A stretch of DNA of 64,000 nucleotides, from positions 3,671,166 through 3,735,165 of the forward strand of contig JASGHH010000001.1 of the NCBI GenBank assembly GCA_047602415.1, written 5' to 3'. Below the pieces are notes generated by a model. That model worked only from the letters and a program-made list of their open reading frames with translations, did not search any database and was not told the DNA's origin. Positions 26,620 through 36,199 of the stretch are shown in pieces (the first letter of the stretch is position 1; every line of letters begins with the position of its first letter). Source of the DNA: Myxococcaceae bacterium. Lineage in GTDB: Bacteria > Myxococcota > Myxococcia > Myxococcales > Myxococcaceae. The position numbers were made by a program, and so were the translations under genes.

Positions 26620-28758
26620 GAGCGGTCGCGCTGCTCGTCGTCGCCGCGCTGAGCGGTTGCATCGACTTCGACCAGTCGAAGCGCGTGTTCTGCGAGAAAC
26701 ACCCGGGGCTGGGAGATTGCCCGGGCGACGGCGGTGCCGGCGGAGGCGCGGGTGGCGGCGGCGTCTCGGGAGGTGGTGCGGGCGGTGGCGCGGCGGGCGG
26801 CGGAAGCGTCGGAGGAGGAACCGGTGGTGGCGGCGGTGGCGGAGGCGCGGCTCCGATGTGCACCATCACCAGCATCGAAGGTGACGGCGGAGCCAACGTC
26901 GCCGCCCCGACCAATCAGCAAATCGGAGCTGCTGCAGGGAACTGCCCCGCGTTGGGACCGGTCGGCTCGGCGATCTACGTGTCGAGCGACGGCGGCAGCG
27001 ACACGAACGACGGTGGGCTCGCATCACCGCTGAGGACGATCACCGCCGGGCTCGCGGCTGCGAGCGCGATCGGCGCGAGCGAGGTGCGGGTCTGCTCCGG
27101 CACCTACCGTGAACGGGTGCAGATGACCGATCCCGCGGTGTCGCTGCGCGGCGGCTTCGACTGCGTCACCGGGCAGCGCATCGCCGGCTGCTTCGATCCG
27201 TCGCTGCCGAGGGGCTTTCCTGCGCCGAACCTCGGTGCGTTGGCCACCACCATCATCGACCCCGGCGATGCGGGCACCGGCGTGGTGACGACCGTTTCGA
27301 TCGCGTTCACCGGAGGCGCTGCCGGCTCCAACCCCCAGCTCGATTTCTTCACCATCGTCGGCTCCGACGGAGGCGACGAGACGCGGGCGGTCGACGTGAG
27401 CGTCGGCCTGGGCGTGCGACCGGTGATCTCCAACAACGCGATCATCGGCGGCTCGACGTCGTGTCAGCTCAACCAGTGCAACGTCGGGCTGCGGAGCTCA
27501 GGCGGGAACATGATGGTGGAGTGGAACTTCATCAGCGGCGGCGCGGGCACCGGCGGCAACGTCGACTGCGCCAGCTGCGGCGTGGTGGTGGCCGGTGACG
27601 CTTTGCTGCAGCTGAACAACAACCTGATCGAAGGTGGCACCGGCAGCGTGACGGCCGGAACCGGGTCGGTGGGCCTGCTGCTCGCAGCGACCACCGCGCT
27701 GACCGGGCCTCTGTCGTTGAAACTGAATGACATCAGCGGCGGAGCGGGCACCTGCACCGCTCCAGAGTGCAGTGGCACCATCGGGGTCGAGGTGCTGCCC
27801 CAAGACACCGCTGCGGTCCTCTTGGAGCGGAACCAGATCTTCGGCACCCGGCCCGATGTTCGCGGCGGTGGAGCTTCCACTGGCGTGCTGGTGGCGACGC
27901 CGGGCACGGTGCAGGTCAGCGGCAACAAGATCTTCTCGGGGCTCAGCAGCGACACCGGCTCGTTGCTGGTGGGCGTCGACCTCGAGGCCGCCGGCGGGCA
28001 GTTCGAGGTGACGAACAACATGATCTACGCGGGCGACCCCTTGGGGCCGACCACGCTCGCGCCGGCAGGGTTGGTCTATGGCGATCATCAGACCGGTGGC
28101 AGCGTGATGGTCGCGCACAACGCGATCGTCGCGATCGGGTCCTCAGGCGCCTCGGCGGTGCAGGTGCGCGCCGACTCTTCGCGAAGCACGGGCACGCTCG
28201 ACCTCATCGACAACATCCTCGCGTCGAACGGGGTGATCAACACCACGGCGATCGAGCTCGGCCAGTGCCCTTCGGCGGCCCCCGTGCTCAAGGTGCGCAG
28301 CAATCTCTTCGCAGGCGTCTTTTACGCGGCCACGTACACGGGCGGCGGCGCCTGCCTCGCTCCGCCGGTCATGCTCCTGCCGTCGACGTTCCAGATGTGG
28401 GCGGGCGTCGGCACCGTGATGAATCAGAATCCTCGAAAACTCCGAATACATCGTCGGGTGCTCGACCACGGACGGATGTGTATGCCGGCCGGCGTGCGTG
28501 CAAGCTGGCGGCTGCCTCGTCGATCTGTTCGGCCCGCAGGACGCAGGCACGTTCGGTCTCGACGAGCTCTTCCGGCCGGGCCAGTGGAACCTCGACCCCA
28601 ACCCGGCGTTCGGCCCACCCTCGTGCAATCTGGTCCACGGCTACGACGACACGGCGGCCGTGCCTTACGACATCTATGGCTATGGGCGCACCGTGCCGCC
28701 GGCCGTCGGGCCGGTGGAGCTCAACGCCACGACCTGCGCGAACAGCGCGCCTCAGTAG
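26610..28758 (+). CDS. Lipoprotein with Gly-rich linker and right-handed parallel beta-helix (pectate-lyase-like) repeats; contains an apparent +1 frameshift near 28420-28423, and the C-terminal 112 aa are in another frame
   Basis: Lipobox LSGC. Repeated NNxI..G/beta-helix motifs. GC3 periodicity switches from frame 0 to frame 1 at about 28421. Confidence 0.6.
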
Positions 28759-28761
28759 CGG

Positions 28762-29494
28762 TCAGCCCTTCACGACCGGGACGCCAAGATCGCTGAGCGC
28801 CTTGGCGAGGTCGTCGATGTTGCTGAGAGGCAGGCTCCAGATTCTCAGCTCACCCGCTTTCGTCTGAAGCGCAAACGAGGTCTCCTTGTTCCGCCAGCTG
28901 TCGGTGAAGCTGACGAGCTTCAGCTCACGCAGGTACCACTGAGCCCGGTCGACGATCAGGCTACGCCGCGTGACGACCACGTTCATCGTCGCAGGGAAGA
29001 GCTTGAACGACGCCAGCAGAAGCACGAGTCCGCCCACAGGTGGCAGTGGCGACTCCAGAATCACTGCGAAAGGCATCGTCACTGCGATGCAGAGGAAGAC
29101 GCGGACACTGAGAATCGCCTCTCCAGTGTCTGGCGACGTAGCGGACGGGGAGGTTCTCGACCAGCCGCCGGACTTTGTGCTCTCGCGTGTCGACGTCGAC
29201 CGTCTCTCCAAGCCCGCGAAGCCGCAGATCGAGCGCCTCGCGAAACGCCGTCTGCGCCTTCATCAGCCTCGCGACGAGCTGCGTTTCATCGGGCTCACCC
29301 GCTTCAGCCCGCTTCGCAAATTGCCGCAGGACCGGTGCGAGGCTCACGGTGTTGTCCTTCAGGTCACGCCACTCCGAGCGCTGGTCCCACGCCGCATCGG
29401 CGAGCGACTGAGCCGCGGCTTCCCAATTCAACACCTCGGCTTCGACCAACTCGTAGGCGCCCTCGAGCTGAATTCTGAGGTCAGCTGCGCTCAT
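28762..29494 (-). CDS. Paralog A of the coiled N-domain/2-TM/PH-like membrane protein family; frameshifted near 29120-29140 (possible pseudogene or sequencing error)
   Basis: N-terminal part (MSAADLRIQLEGAYELVEAE...) in one frame, and the TM plus C-terminal domain (ILSVRVFLCIAVTMPFAVI...VVVTRRSLIVDRAQWYLRELKLVS) in another. Both are homologous to B and C. Confidence 0.5.
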
Positions 29495-30221
29495 CGCGCA
29501 CCTCCGCATCGCCAGAGACCACGACGCCCCGCGACCGGAGGGCCGCGGCGAGCTCGGCAGCCCGAGCCGGCGACATCAGCAGCTGCCGATACCGGCCGGC
29601 GGTGGTCTTCACGTCGACGCTCCGACCGCCACGGCCCCACTCTGCGACGTACACGGAGGCGAGGTCGCCGAATCGAATCGGAAGGTCGTCGGCGATCAGT
29701 ACCTTGTTCGTGACGCTGATCTTCGGCGCGATCGCACACTTGAGCGCGGCCCACCATGCTCCGAGCGTGACCACCGCCACTGCGGCAGCCGCGTAGCCTT
29801 CGAACACCAGGCAGACCGTGAGTCCGCTGATCAACACGGAGAGGCCAAACAGGTAGGAACGCAGATCGTGAACCAGTACGACAGGAAGGTGGCCGGCGAG
29901 GGCACTCACCTGCTCCCCTATCGATCCGTCGACGTGCTCTCCCAGCTCCCTCAATCGGCTCGCAAGATCGGCCCGGGCGCGCCGTTCGTCGCGTTCGAGC
30001 TTCTTCAGCAGCGACGCACACGGCTCGAGGCTGGCTTTGCGCGTCAGCGCGGCGACCGCGGCCAATTCGTCTGGGCTCAGATCGCGCAGCGAGATCCACC
30101 CCGCCGAGCGGTACCATTGGGAGCGTCGAAGTCCCCGAGCCGCCGCTGCGAAGCGCTCCTGCGCGGCATCGACCTGCTCGTACGCGCCCTCGAGCTGAAC
30201 CTTGAGGTCGTTCAGCTCCAC
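29481..30221 (-). CDS. Paralog B: N-terminal helical domain, two TM helices, C-terminal bPH_2/YdbS-like PH domain (inferred)
   Basis: GTG start at 30221 chosen by alignment with A and C (ELNDLKVQLEGAYEQVD). ATG 30377 would overlap paralog C by 165 nt in an Arg-rich frame. Confidence 0.55.
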   Translation of the reverse strand: MELNDLKVQLEGAYEQVDAAQERFAAAARGLRRSQWYRSAGWISLRDLSPDELAAVAALTRKASLEPCASLLKKLERDERRARADLASRLRELGEHVDGSIGEQVSALAGHLPVVLVHDLRSYLFGLSVLISGLTVCLVFEGYAAAAVAVVTLGAWWAALKCAIAPKISVTNKVLIADDLPIRFGDLASVYVAEWGRGGRSVDVKTTAGRYRQLLMSPARAAELAAALRSRGVVVSGDAEVRDERS

Positions 30222-31009
30222 CAGTTCCTCCGCATCCAGCGATCGAACCAATCGAGCTCGCTGTCGGGTACTGGCGGCGGCTCTTTGAACACCGGAGCCA
30301 CCGGGCACGAAGTCGCATGCACGCCTTCGGCAGAGAGCAGCTCGATCACATCGGTCAGCGGCGAGCCGAAGGTCCATCGATGAGCCTTGCCTCCGTCAGA
30401 CATCACGACCAGGACGTACCCGCCCGGCACCTGGCGCAGCGCCGCGCTGTCGAGCTGCTGGAATGGCGCCACGAAGTCGTTCACCACCAGAACACGCTGC
30501 GTGACGACCACTCGGGCCTTCACGCGCACGCTCAACAGTGCCAGGCCGACCGCTCCTGTTAACAAGACGAGCGCCCATGGCTGGAGGAAGGCCAGCGCGA
30601 CGCTGCCAACCCCGAGCAAGAGCGCGTGCAGCAACAACGCGGGACGCATGAATACGCGGGTGCACTGCAGCGGGAGGTGCTCTGCCAGCGCAGCCACCGA
30701 CGCCCTCAACCCGGCTCCGTCGACACCGCCAAAAGCTTTCACCCGCTCGCTCAGCACCTTCTCGAATGCGCCGCGCGCAGCCTGGTACTCGCGCAGCAAC
30801 GCCAGGCCCTCGGGCGACTCGCTCGCCTTCTTCTCGAGCGCGGCGACAGCCTCGGCTTCGCCCTCGGTCTCCTCCCCGGCCGTCACCCAGCCGCGCCGGC
30901 GGTCCCACTCTCCATCGCCGAGCTCCTGCAGCGCCGCGTTCCACCGCAGCGTCGCCTGCTCGACCCGCTCGAGCTTGCCCTCGAGCACGATGCGCAGATT
31001 CGAAACCAT
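30212..31009 (-). CDS. Paralog C of the same family
   Basis: ATG 31009 preceded by gagagg RBS. MVSNLRIVLEGKLERVEQ..., two TM helices, C-terminal VVVTQRVLVVNDF...VLVVMSDGG. Confidence 0.65.
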   Translation of the reverse strand: MVSNLRIVLEGKLERVEQATLRWNAALQELGDGEWDRRRGWVTAGEETEGEAEAVAALEKKASESPEGLALLREYQAARGAFEKVLSERVKAFGGVDGAGLRASVAALAEHLPLQCTRVFMRPALLLHALLLGVGSVALAFLQPWALVLLTGAVGLALLSVRVKARVVVTQRVLVVNDFVAPFQQLDSAALRQVPGGYVLVVMSDGGKAHRWTFGSPLTDVIELLSAEGVHATSCPVAPVFKEPPPVPDSELDWFDRWMRRNWWS

Positions 31010-31018
31010 GGCGCCTCT

Positions 31019-31054
31019 CGAAAAAGAAAGCCCCCTCCCGCTTTCGCGGGAGGG
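31019..31054 (-). terminator. Intrinsic terminator: 9-bp GC-rich stem (ccctcccgc/gcgggaggg), 4-nt loop, followed on the minus strand by ggcuuucuuuuucg
   Basis: Perfect hairpin plus U-tract 14 nt downstream of the flotillin stop. It abuts the RBS and ATG of paralog C. Confidence 0.6.
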
Positions 31055-31067
31055 AGCCTTCACACCG

Positions 31068-32933
31068 CTACTGCCGGCCGTTCACCGGAGCGGCAGCCAC
31101 CACCGGCGCCTTCGCGCCCGCGTCTGCCTTCTGCGCCACCGGGACGAGCAGCCGCCCCAGCATCGCGGTGGCCAGCCCATCGCTGCCACCACCCGACTGA
31201 ACCGCCACCTCGGGCACCAGCTTCACGTGGTGCTCGCCCAACGCAGTGGCCAGCTGCAGCGCCGAGTACGCGTCTTGGCCCATCGCCTCGACGCCGGCCT
31301 TGAAGGCCTCCGCCTTCGCCGCACCGACCACCTTCAGCTGCGCCGCCTCGGCCTCGCCCTTGATCCGCATCGCGTGGGCTTCCGCCTCGGCCTCCAACCG
31401 CACTCGCGCAGCCTGGCCCTTCGCCTGCTCGGCGGCCGCCAACGCGTTCTTCGCGCTGATCGCCACCATCTGCTCCGAGCGAACGACCTCACCCTGCATG
31501 TTCGCGATCGACGTCTCGCGCTCGAGCTGCTGGCGGTTGACCTGCGCCGCCCGCTGAACCTCGTACGTCCGCTGGAGCTCCTCGGCGATCTTCCGGTCGG
31601 TCTGAGTCTTCATCAGCTCCGCCGGAGGCACGATGTCGCCAATCAGGGTGTCGATGCACTCCACGTCGTACGCCTCGACCGCTTGCTTGATCGCGTCGAA
31701 CGCCTCCTTCTGGCGCTCACTGCGCGCCGAGAGGAACTCCAGCACCGTGTAGTGCTGCGCCGAGTTCCTGAAGTAGTTGGCCACCGTCGGCTGCAACACG
31801 TGATCGACCAGGTTCTGCATCGACCCCACCCGCGAGATGACCCGCGGCGCCGACTTCATCCCCACGTGAATGATCTCCGACACGTCCAGCGAGAAGCTGA
31901 ACCCGTCTTTGCTCCGCACCAGCACCGACGAGAGCTTCTCGTCGTAGTGATGCGCCTCCACGCGGTTCGCCCAGTTCAGGACGATGTTGGTCGTCGGTAC
32001 CAGCTCGACCTTCATCACCCTGGTGTTGATCGGGTGCTTGCCCGGGAGCAGCGGCTCGATCCACACGCCTTTGTGGCCCTTCGCCACCAGGTCGCCGTGA
32101 GTGAACTCATCGCCGCTCAGGTCGATGTGCTCCCGACCGACGTAGCTCACCACCACTCCGACGTAGCCGATCGGAACCTCGGTCATCGGAACCTGCTCGA
32201 CCTGCACGAACCAGGGGTTCAGGTTCCACGAGCCGGCAAGAAGCACCTGCTCCTGCAACCCGCGACACCCGGTCGCGTCGATGAAGGCCTGGCCACGCTG
32301 GAAGTTGTCGTGGCCCACCACTTCGGGCCCCGCCAGGTCTCCAGAGGGGATCGGCTTGCCATCGAGCGCGGTGACGATGCCCACCCGATCGGGCCTCACC
32401 TCGTAGACGGAGAGCTCCGCCTGCGAGACGTCGAAGTGATCGGCGTTGTGAGTCGTCACCACCTGAAACAGCGACGGGTTGATCCGGTAGGTGCCCGAGG
32501 TCAGAAAGGCGAGCTGACGCCCCTTCTCGCCGCCGTTCTTGAGGAACAGCCGCGCGTTCTGGAAGTCGTCGCACTCCACCTCCTGCCCCAGAATCCGCTC
32601 CGACGGAATCGCGTCTCCATCGGCCGCCACAACCAGCGCGATCTCACCCGGCCGCACCGTCAGCACCGGCACCTTGATCACCTTGTACTTCCAGCGCCAA
32701 AGCCCGAAGTGCCAACCTGGCGAGAGCATGTCGGCCTGGTAGCCGGCCTCTCCCTCGAGGGCGATCAGCCGCCCCGCGGGCAAAGACCGCCCGAACTTCT
32801 TCACCACCAGCCCCGACTCGTTCTCTTTGATCACCACCAGGCTCAGCCGGGTGACGAACCAGATCGCGAACGAAACCGCGAACGCGCCCGTCAGCACCCA
32901 GTGCTCCCTCAGTTGGTTCAATAGAAGCTCCAT
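31068..32933 (-). CDS. Flotillin-like SPFH/band-7 domain protein (YqiK/FloT-like), 621 aa
   Basis: N-terminal TM, SPFH domain, long Ala/Glu-rich coiled-coil (EAEAEAHAMRIKGEAEAAQLK). Confidence 0.85.
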   Translation of the reverse strand: MELLLNQLREHWVLTGAFAVSFAIWFVTRLSLVVIKENESGLVVKKFGRSLPAGRLIALEGEAGYQADMLSPGWHFGLWRWKYKVIKVPVLTVRPGEIALVVAADGDAIPSERILGQEVECDDFQNARLFLKNGGEKGRQLAFLTSGTYRINPSLFQVVTTHNADHFDVSQAELSVYEVRPDRVGIVTALDGKPIPSGDLAGPEVVGHDNFQRGQAFIDATGCRGLQEQVLLAGSWNLNPWFVQVEQVPMTEVPIGYVGVVVSYVGREHIDLSGDEFTHGDLVAKGHKGVWIEPLLPGKHPINTRVMKVELVPTTNIVLNWANRVEAHHYDEKLSSVLVRSKDGFSFSLDVSEIIHVGMKSAPRVISRVGSMQNLVDHVLQPTVANYFRNSAQHYTVLEFLSARSERQKEAFDAIKQAVEAYDVECIDTLIGDIVPPAELMKTQTDRKIAEELQRTYEVQRAAQVNRQQLERETSIANMQGEVVRSEQMVAISAKNALAAAEQAKGQAARVRLEAEAEAHAMRIKGEAEAAQLKVVGAAKAEAFKAGVEAMGQDAYSALQLATALGEHHVKLVPEVAVQSGGGSDGLATAMLGRLLVPVAQKADAGAKAPVVAAAPVNGRQ

Positions 32934-33095
32934 GACCCACTCCTTTCGTTGTGGAGGGGTGCAAGAGCATCAGCGGTGCCACCCCCCAAACGGCCGTGGT
33001 CAGGTCACCGGCGGTCGCGCCCCGTGATTCAACTGTCGGCAAACGCGATTTGAATCACGCCGAGCCAGAGGCGGGGTTGGGAGTACAGTGCGCCC

Positions 33096-33299
33096 ATGCC
33101 GGACGAACCGAAGAAGCCGCCTCCGCCGCCGAATCCGTTCCTGGCGAACATTCTCAGAAACGCCAAGGCGGCACCGAAGCACGGCGTCGCCGCGGCCGGG
33201 CTCGAGACGCGGGTGTGCAGCAAGTGCGGCGCCGCCCGGGCCGAAGGCTCCGACCTCACCGTCTGCGAGTACTGCGGCGGCTCGTTCAAGGAGAGCTGA
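33096..33299 (+). CDS. Small zinc-ribbon protein (CSKCG...CEYCG)
   Basis: 67 aa. Stop overlaps the next ATG (ATGA). Confidence 0.5.
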   Translation: MPDEPKKPPPPPNPFLANILRNAKAAPKHGVAAAGLETRVCSKCGAARAEGSDLTVCEYCGGSFKES

Positions 33300-34048
33300 T
33301 GGCGGAGGACCCGCGCGCGCGGTGGTCGGCGTTTCTGGAGAAGATCGAGGCCCGCCACGGCGAGCTGCTCACGGGCGCCCGGGAGTCGCTGCCGGGGCTG
33401 GTGCCCGACTCCGGCTACGAGCTGTCGCCGTTCAGCAATGCGCTCACCGCGATTCGAACCCAGTGCATCGGGCTGTCGCAGAAGATCGATCAGACCTGGT
33501 CGCAGTCGGCGTGCGCTGCGATCGAGGGCGCCGGGCTCGACTCGAACGCCGAGCGGGCCAGGGGCGACGCGTGCTCCAAGCGCATGGCGCACGCGCTCAA
33601 GCGCGCCGAGGTCGAGATCTCCGCCGCGGCGGCGAACGTGGTGTGCGATCTGGCAAAGCAGACGCTGGCGAAAGACTTCAAGTGCACCCGCTGTGGCGCG
33701 CCGCTGAGCCCGAAGCAGAGCTTCTTTCGCTCGCATTACGTGCCCTGCCAGTTCTGCCAGTCGATGAACACCTTCGAGCCGGGCATGGTCGCCCGCCAGG
33801 TGGAGCACTTCGCGGTGCACGCGCTCGCCGAAGGAGCCGCGCTCGACGAGCAGCTCGCGTTTCTCGCCGGTGAAGAGCGGTACCGCGAGCGGCACTCGAC
33901 GGTGAGCAAGGAAGCGCTGGTCGCGCTCTACGAGGCCTACGTCGACGCCTACCTCGCCGAGCGGGTCCGGCTGCTGCCTGATCTGGCGGCCGATCTCGAC
34001 AAAGATCGACACGCGAAAGTGAGCGCATTCGTTTACAGCATCGCCTGA
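33299..34048 (+). CDS. Hypothetical protein with C-terminal zinc ribbon (CTRCG...CQFC)
   Basis: 249 aa, high GC3 frame. N-terminal extension from 32951 rejected. Confidence 0.55.
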   Translation: MAEDPRARWSAFLEKIEARHGELLTGARESLPGLVPDSGYELSPFSNALTAIRTQCIGLSQKIDQTWSQSACAAIEGAGLDSNAERARGDACSKRMAHALKRAEVEISAAAANVVCDLAKQTLAKDFKCTRCGAPLSPKQSFFRSHYVPCQFCQSMNTFEPGMVARQVEHFAVHALAEGAALDEQLAFLAGEERYRERHSTVSKEALVALYEAYVDAYLAERVRLLPDLAADLDKDRHAKVSAFVYSIA

Positions 34049-34070
34049 CGTTGCCTACCGTCCGGCCACC

Positions 34071-35252
34071 ATGACCGATCCCAAGACGAGCAAGGCGTTG
34101 GCGGATGCGCAGCGCGCCAAAGAAGCGAACCAGCGCGAGCGTGACGCGAAGATCGCCGAGGCGATCGAGGGCCCGCGGTACCACAAGTTTTCCGACTACG
34201 ACAACAGCCCCCAGGGCCAGAAGGCGATCTCTCAAGGCATCGCCAACAAGCAGGGCGCGCCGTACGACTACCTGAAGTCGAAGGGCGCCAACTTCAACTG
34301 GCCCGACCTCGACCCGGCGTCGATCGGCAACCTCGAGCCCTGGCTCTGCTACGCCAAGGGCGGAGGGTGGAAGGACCTCAACGCGGTCGCCAACGGCGCC
34401 GAGCGCCGGGGCATGGCGGCCTACCGCACCCTGGGCGACGTCGAAGGCCCGACCTTCAACAAGGTGATCGACGACTCGACCTTCGCGCTGATCTCCAAGA
34501 TGCAGGCGATGTCTGACGCCGAGCTGGCGACGCAGGGGCCGCCGGCCGGTCTGAAGAAAGACGCGCGCTACAGCTACCGCGACTACCTGATGGGCATCAA
34601 GCTGGAGTGCGAAGACGCGCTCCGCCGGGCCAACAAGAAGGGCCAGGCCGCGCTCGACGCCGCGATGGCGCACGACAAGAAGCAGATGGACGGGCACATC
34701 GCCGCCGCGAAGTCGGGCGGGCTGCTCGACCCGGTGCAGGGCGTGACGATGGAAGACTGGGCGGGCGCGAACGCGAAGCTCGCCGCCGGTGAGCCGCTCG
34801 CCAACGTGCTCAAGGTGCTGCAGATCGAGAAGCCGGCGTGGGACGCGATCTCCGCGGAGTGGATGGGCCGGATGTCGCGCGACACCACCTTCGCCATCTC
34901 CACCGTCTACGGCGGCGCGTTCACCAACCCGAACATCGGCCGGTTCGCGGCGGGCGGGGGCGCGGCTGCTCCGAAACCCGCGGCAGGTGGAGCGCTCGAC
35001 AAGGTGCTGGGCGACTTCGAGCTCTACGTGAAGATCATGACCCACCAGAGCGTGGGCGCGGGCCAGGGCCTCGACGCGGCCGCGATTCTGAAGAAGTACG
35101 GCCTCAGCGTTGCCGACTGGGCCAAGGTCGGCATGCACTGGGGCACCAAGATGACCACCGACATGGCGCTCGCCACCAAGATGGGCGGGCTGATGCAGAA
35201 GTACACCGCCGAGCTGTCGGCTCCGGGCGCGGGCGACGACATCAACTTCTGA
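34071..35252 (+). CDS. Hypothetical cytoplasmic protein, 393 aa
   Basis: Clean ORF with RBS-like upstream. Stop overlaps the cytochrome ATG (ATGA). Confidence 0.55.
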   Translation: MTDPKTSKALADAQRAKEANQRERDAKIAEAIEGPRYHKFSDYDNSPQGQKAISQGIANKQGAPYDYLKSKGANFNWPDLDPASIGNLEPWLCYAKGGGWKDLNAVANGAERRGMAAYRTLGDVEGPTFNKVIDDSTFALISKMQAMSDAELATQGPPAGLKKDARYSYRDYLMGIKLECEDALRRANKKGQAALDAAMAHDKKQMDGHIAAAKSGGLLDPVQGVTMEDWAGANAKLAAGEPLANVLKVLQIEKPAWDAISAEWMGRMSRDTTFAISTVYGGAFTNPNIGRFAAGGGAAAPKPAAGGALDKVLGDFELYVKIMTHQSVGAGQGLDAAAILKKYGLSVADWAKVGMHWGTKMTTDMALATKMGGLMQKYTAELSAPGAGDDINF

Positions 35253-36199
35253 TGTTTCAGGCGGTCGCGTTCATTCTCGCGGCGAGCCCGCTGCTGTTCG
35301 GCGAGGCGCGCGCTCCGTTGCCGGTGGAGGCCGACTCCACCGCGCAGCAGTGCGGCGTCTGTCACGCCGAGGCGCTCGAGAAGTGGCAGCACTCGATGCA
35401 CGCTCTCGCCACCAGCAACGAGCTGTACGTCGTCTCGCACCGCCGCGAGCCGATGAAGTGGTGCGACGACTGCCACGCGCCCAACCGCCTCGGTGAGCAG
35501 GGCAAAGCCGAAGGCGTGTCGTGCGCGGCCTGTCACGTGCGGGCCGGCGTGGTGCTCACCGCGCATGCACCGACCAGGAAGGGCCAGGAGTGCCACCCGA
35601 TGCGGGAGGAGCCGGCGCTGGCGGGCAACCAGGTCTGCGCCGAGTGCCACCAGTTCAACTTTCCCGCCGGGCGGGCAGATCCCGTTCGGTACGGCCCGTG
35701 GCCGATGCAGAACACTGCCGAGGAGTCGAAGGGCGCCGCGTGTGGCAGCTGTCACGATGCGCATTCGCCGAACGGAGCCCACGACGTCGAGGCGCTGCGC
35801 AAAGCGATCGTCGCCACGGCCTCTCGGGACGGGGACGCGGTGAAGGTGCGGGTGTCGACGGTGGGCGTGAGCCATCACCTGCCGACCGGAGATCCCAACC
35901 GGCGCATTCGCGTCGAGCTCTGCTCCGACGAGTCGTGCCTGGGCGCGGTGGCGTCACGCGAGCTGGAGCGCCGGGCGCAGGTCTCTGGCGATTCCTGGCG
36001 CATCTCGAGCGACACCACCGTCGGGCCGAGCGGTCTCACCCTCACCTTTCCCGGTGTGCCCGAGGTTCAGTGGGTGCGTCTGAGTTACCGGTACGCCGCG
36101 CGGAGCAACGAGAACGCGCTCGCTCCGGAGCAGGTCGAAGCCTGGTTGAACACGATTCCAATCAAGCCCGAGGTCGGGGCTGTCGGGGGTGCGCGATGA
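35252..36199 (+). CDS. Periplasmic pentaheme c-type cytochrome
   Basis: Signal peptide MFQAVAFILAASPLLFGEARA. Five CxxCH motifs (CGVCH, CDDCH, CAACH, CAECH, CGSCH). Confidence 0.75.
   Translation: MFQAVAFILAASPLLFGEARAPLPVEADSTAQQCGVCHAEALEKWQHSMHALATSNELYVVSHRREPMKWCDDCHAPNRLGEQGKAEGVSCAACHVRAGVVLTAHAPTRKGQECHPMREEPALAGNQVCAECHQFNFPAGRADPVRYGPWPMQNTAEESKGAACGSCHDAHSPNGAHDVEALRKAIVATASRDGDAVKVRVSTVGVSHHLPTGDPNRRIRVELCSDESCLGAVASRELERRAQVSGDSWRISSDTTVGPSGLTLTFPGVPEVQWVRLSYRYAARSNENALAPEQVEAWLNTIPIKPEVGAVGGAR

Noticed and set aside
28498-28758. Independent 86-aa ORF at the end of the beta-helix gene
   Set aside because: GC3 analysis shows it is the frameshifted C-terminus of the beta-helix lipoprotein, readable from 28423 in this frame, rather than a separate gene.
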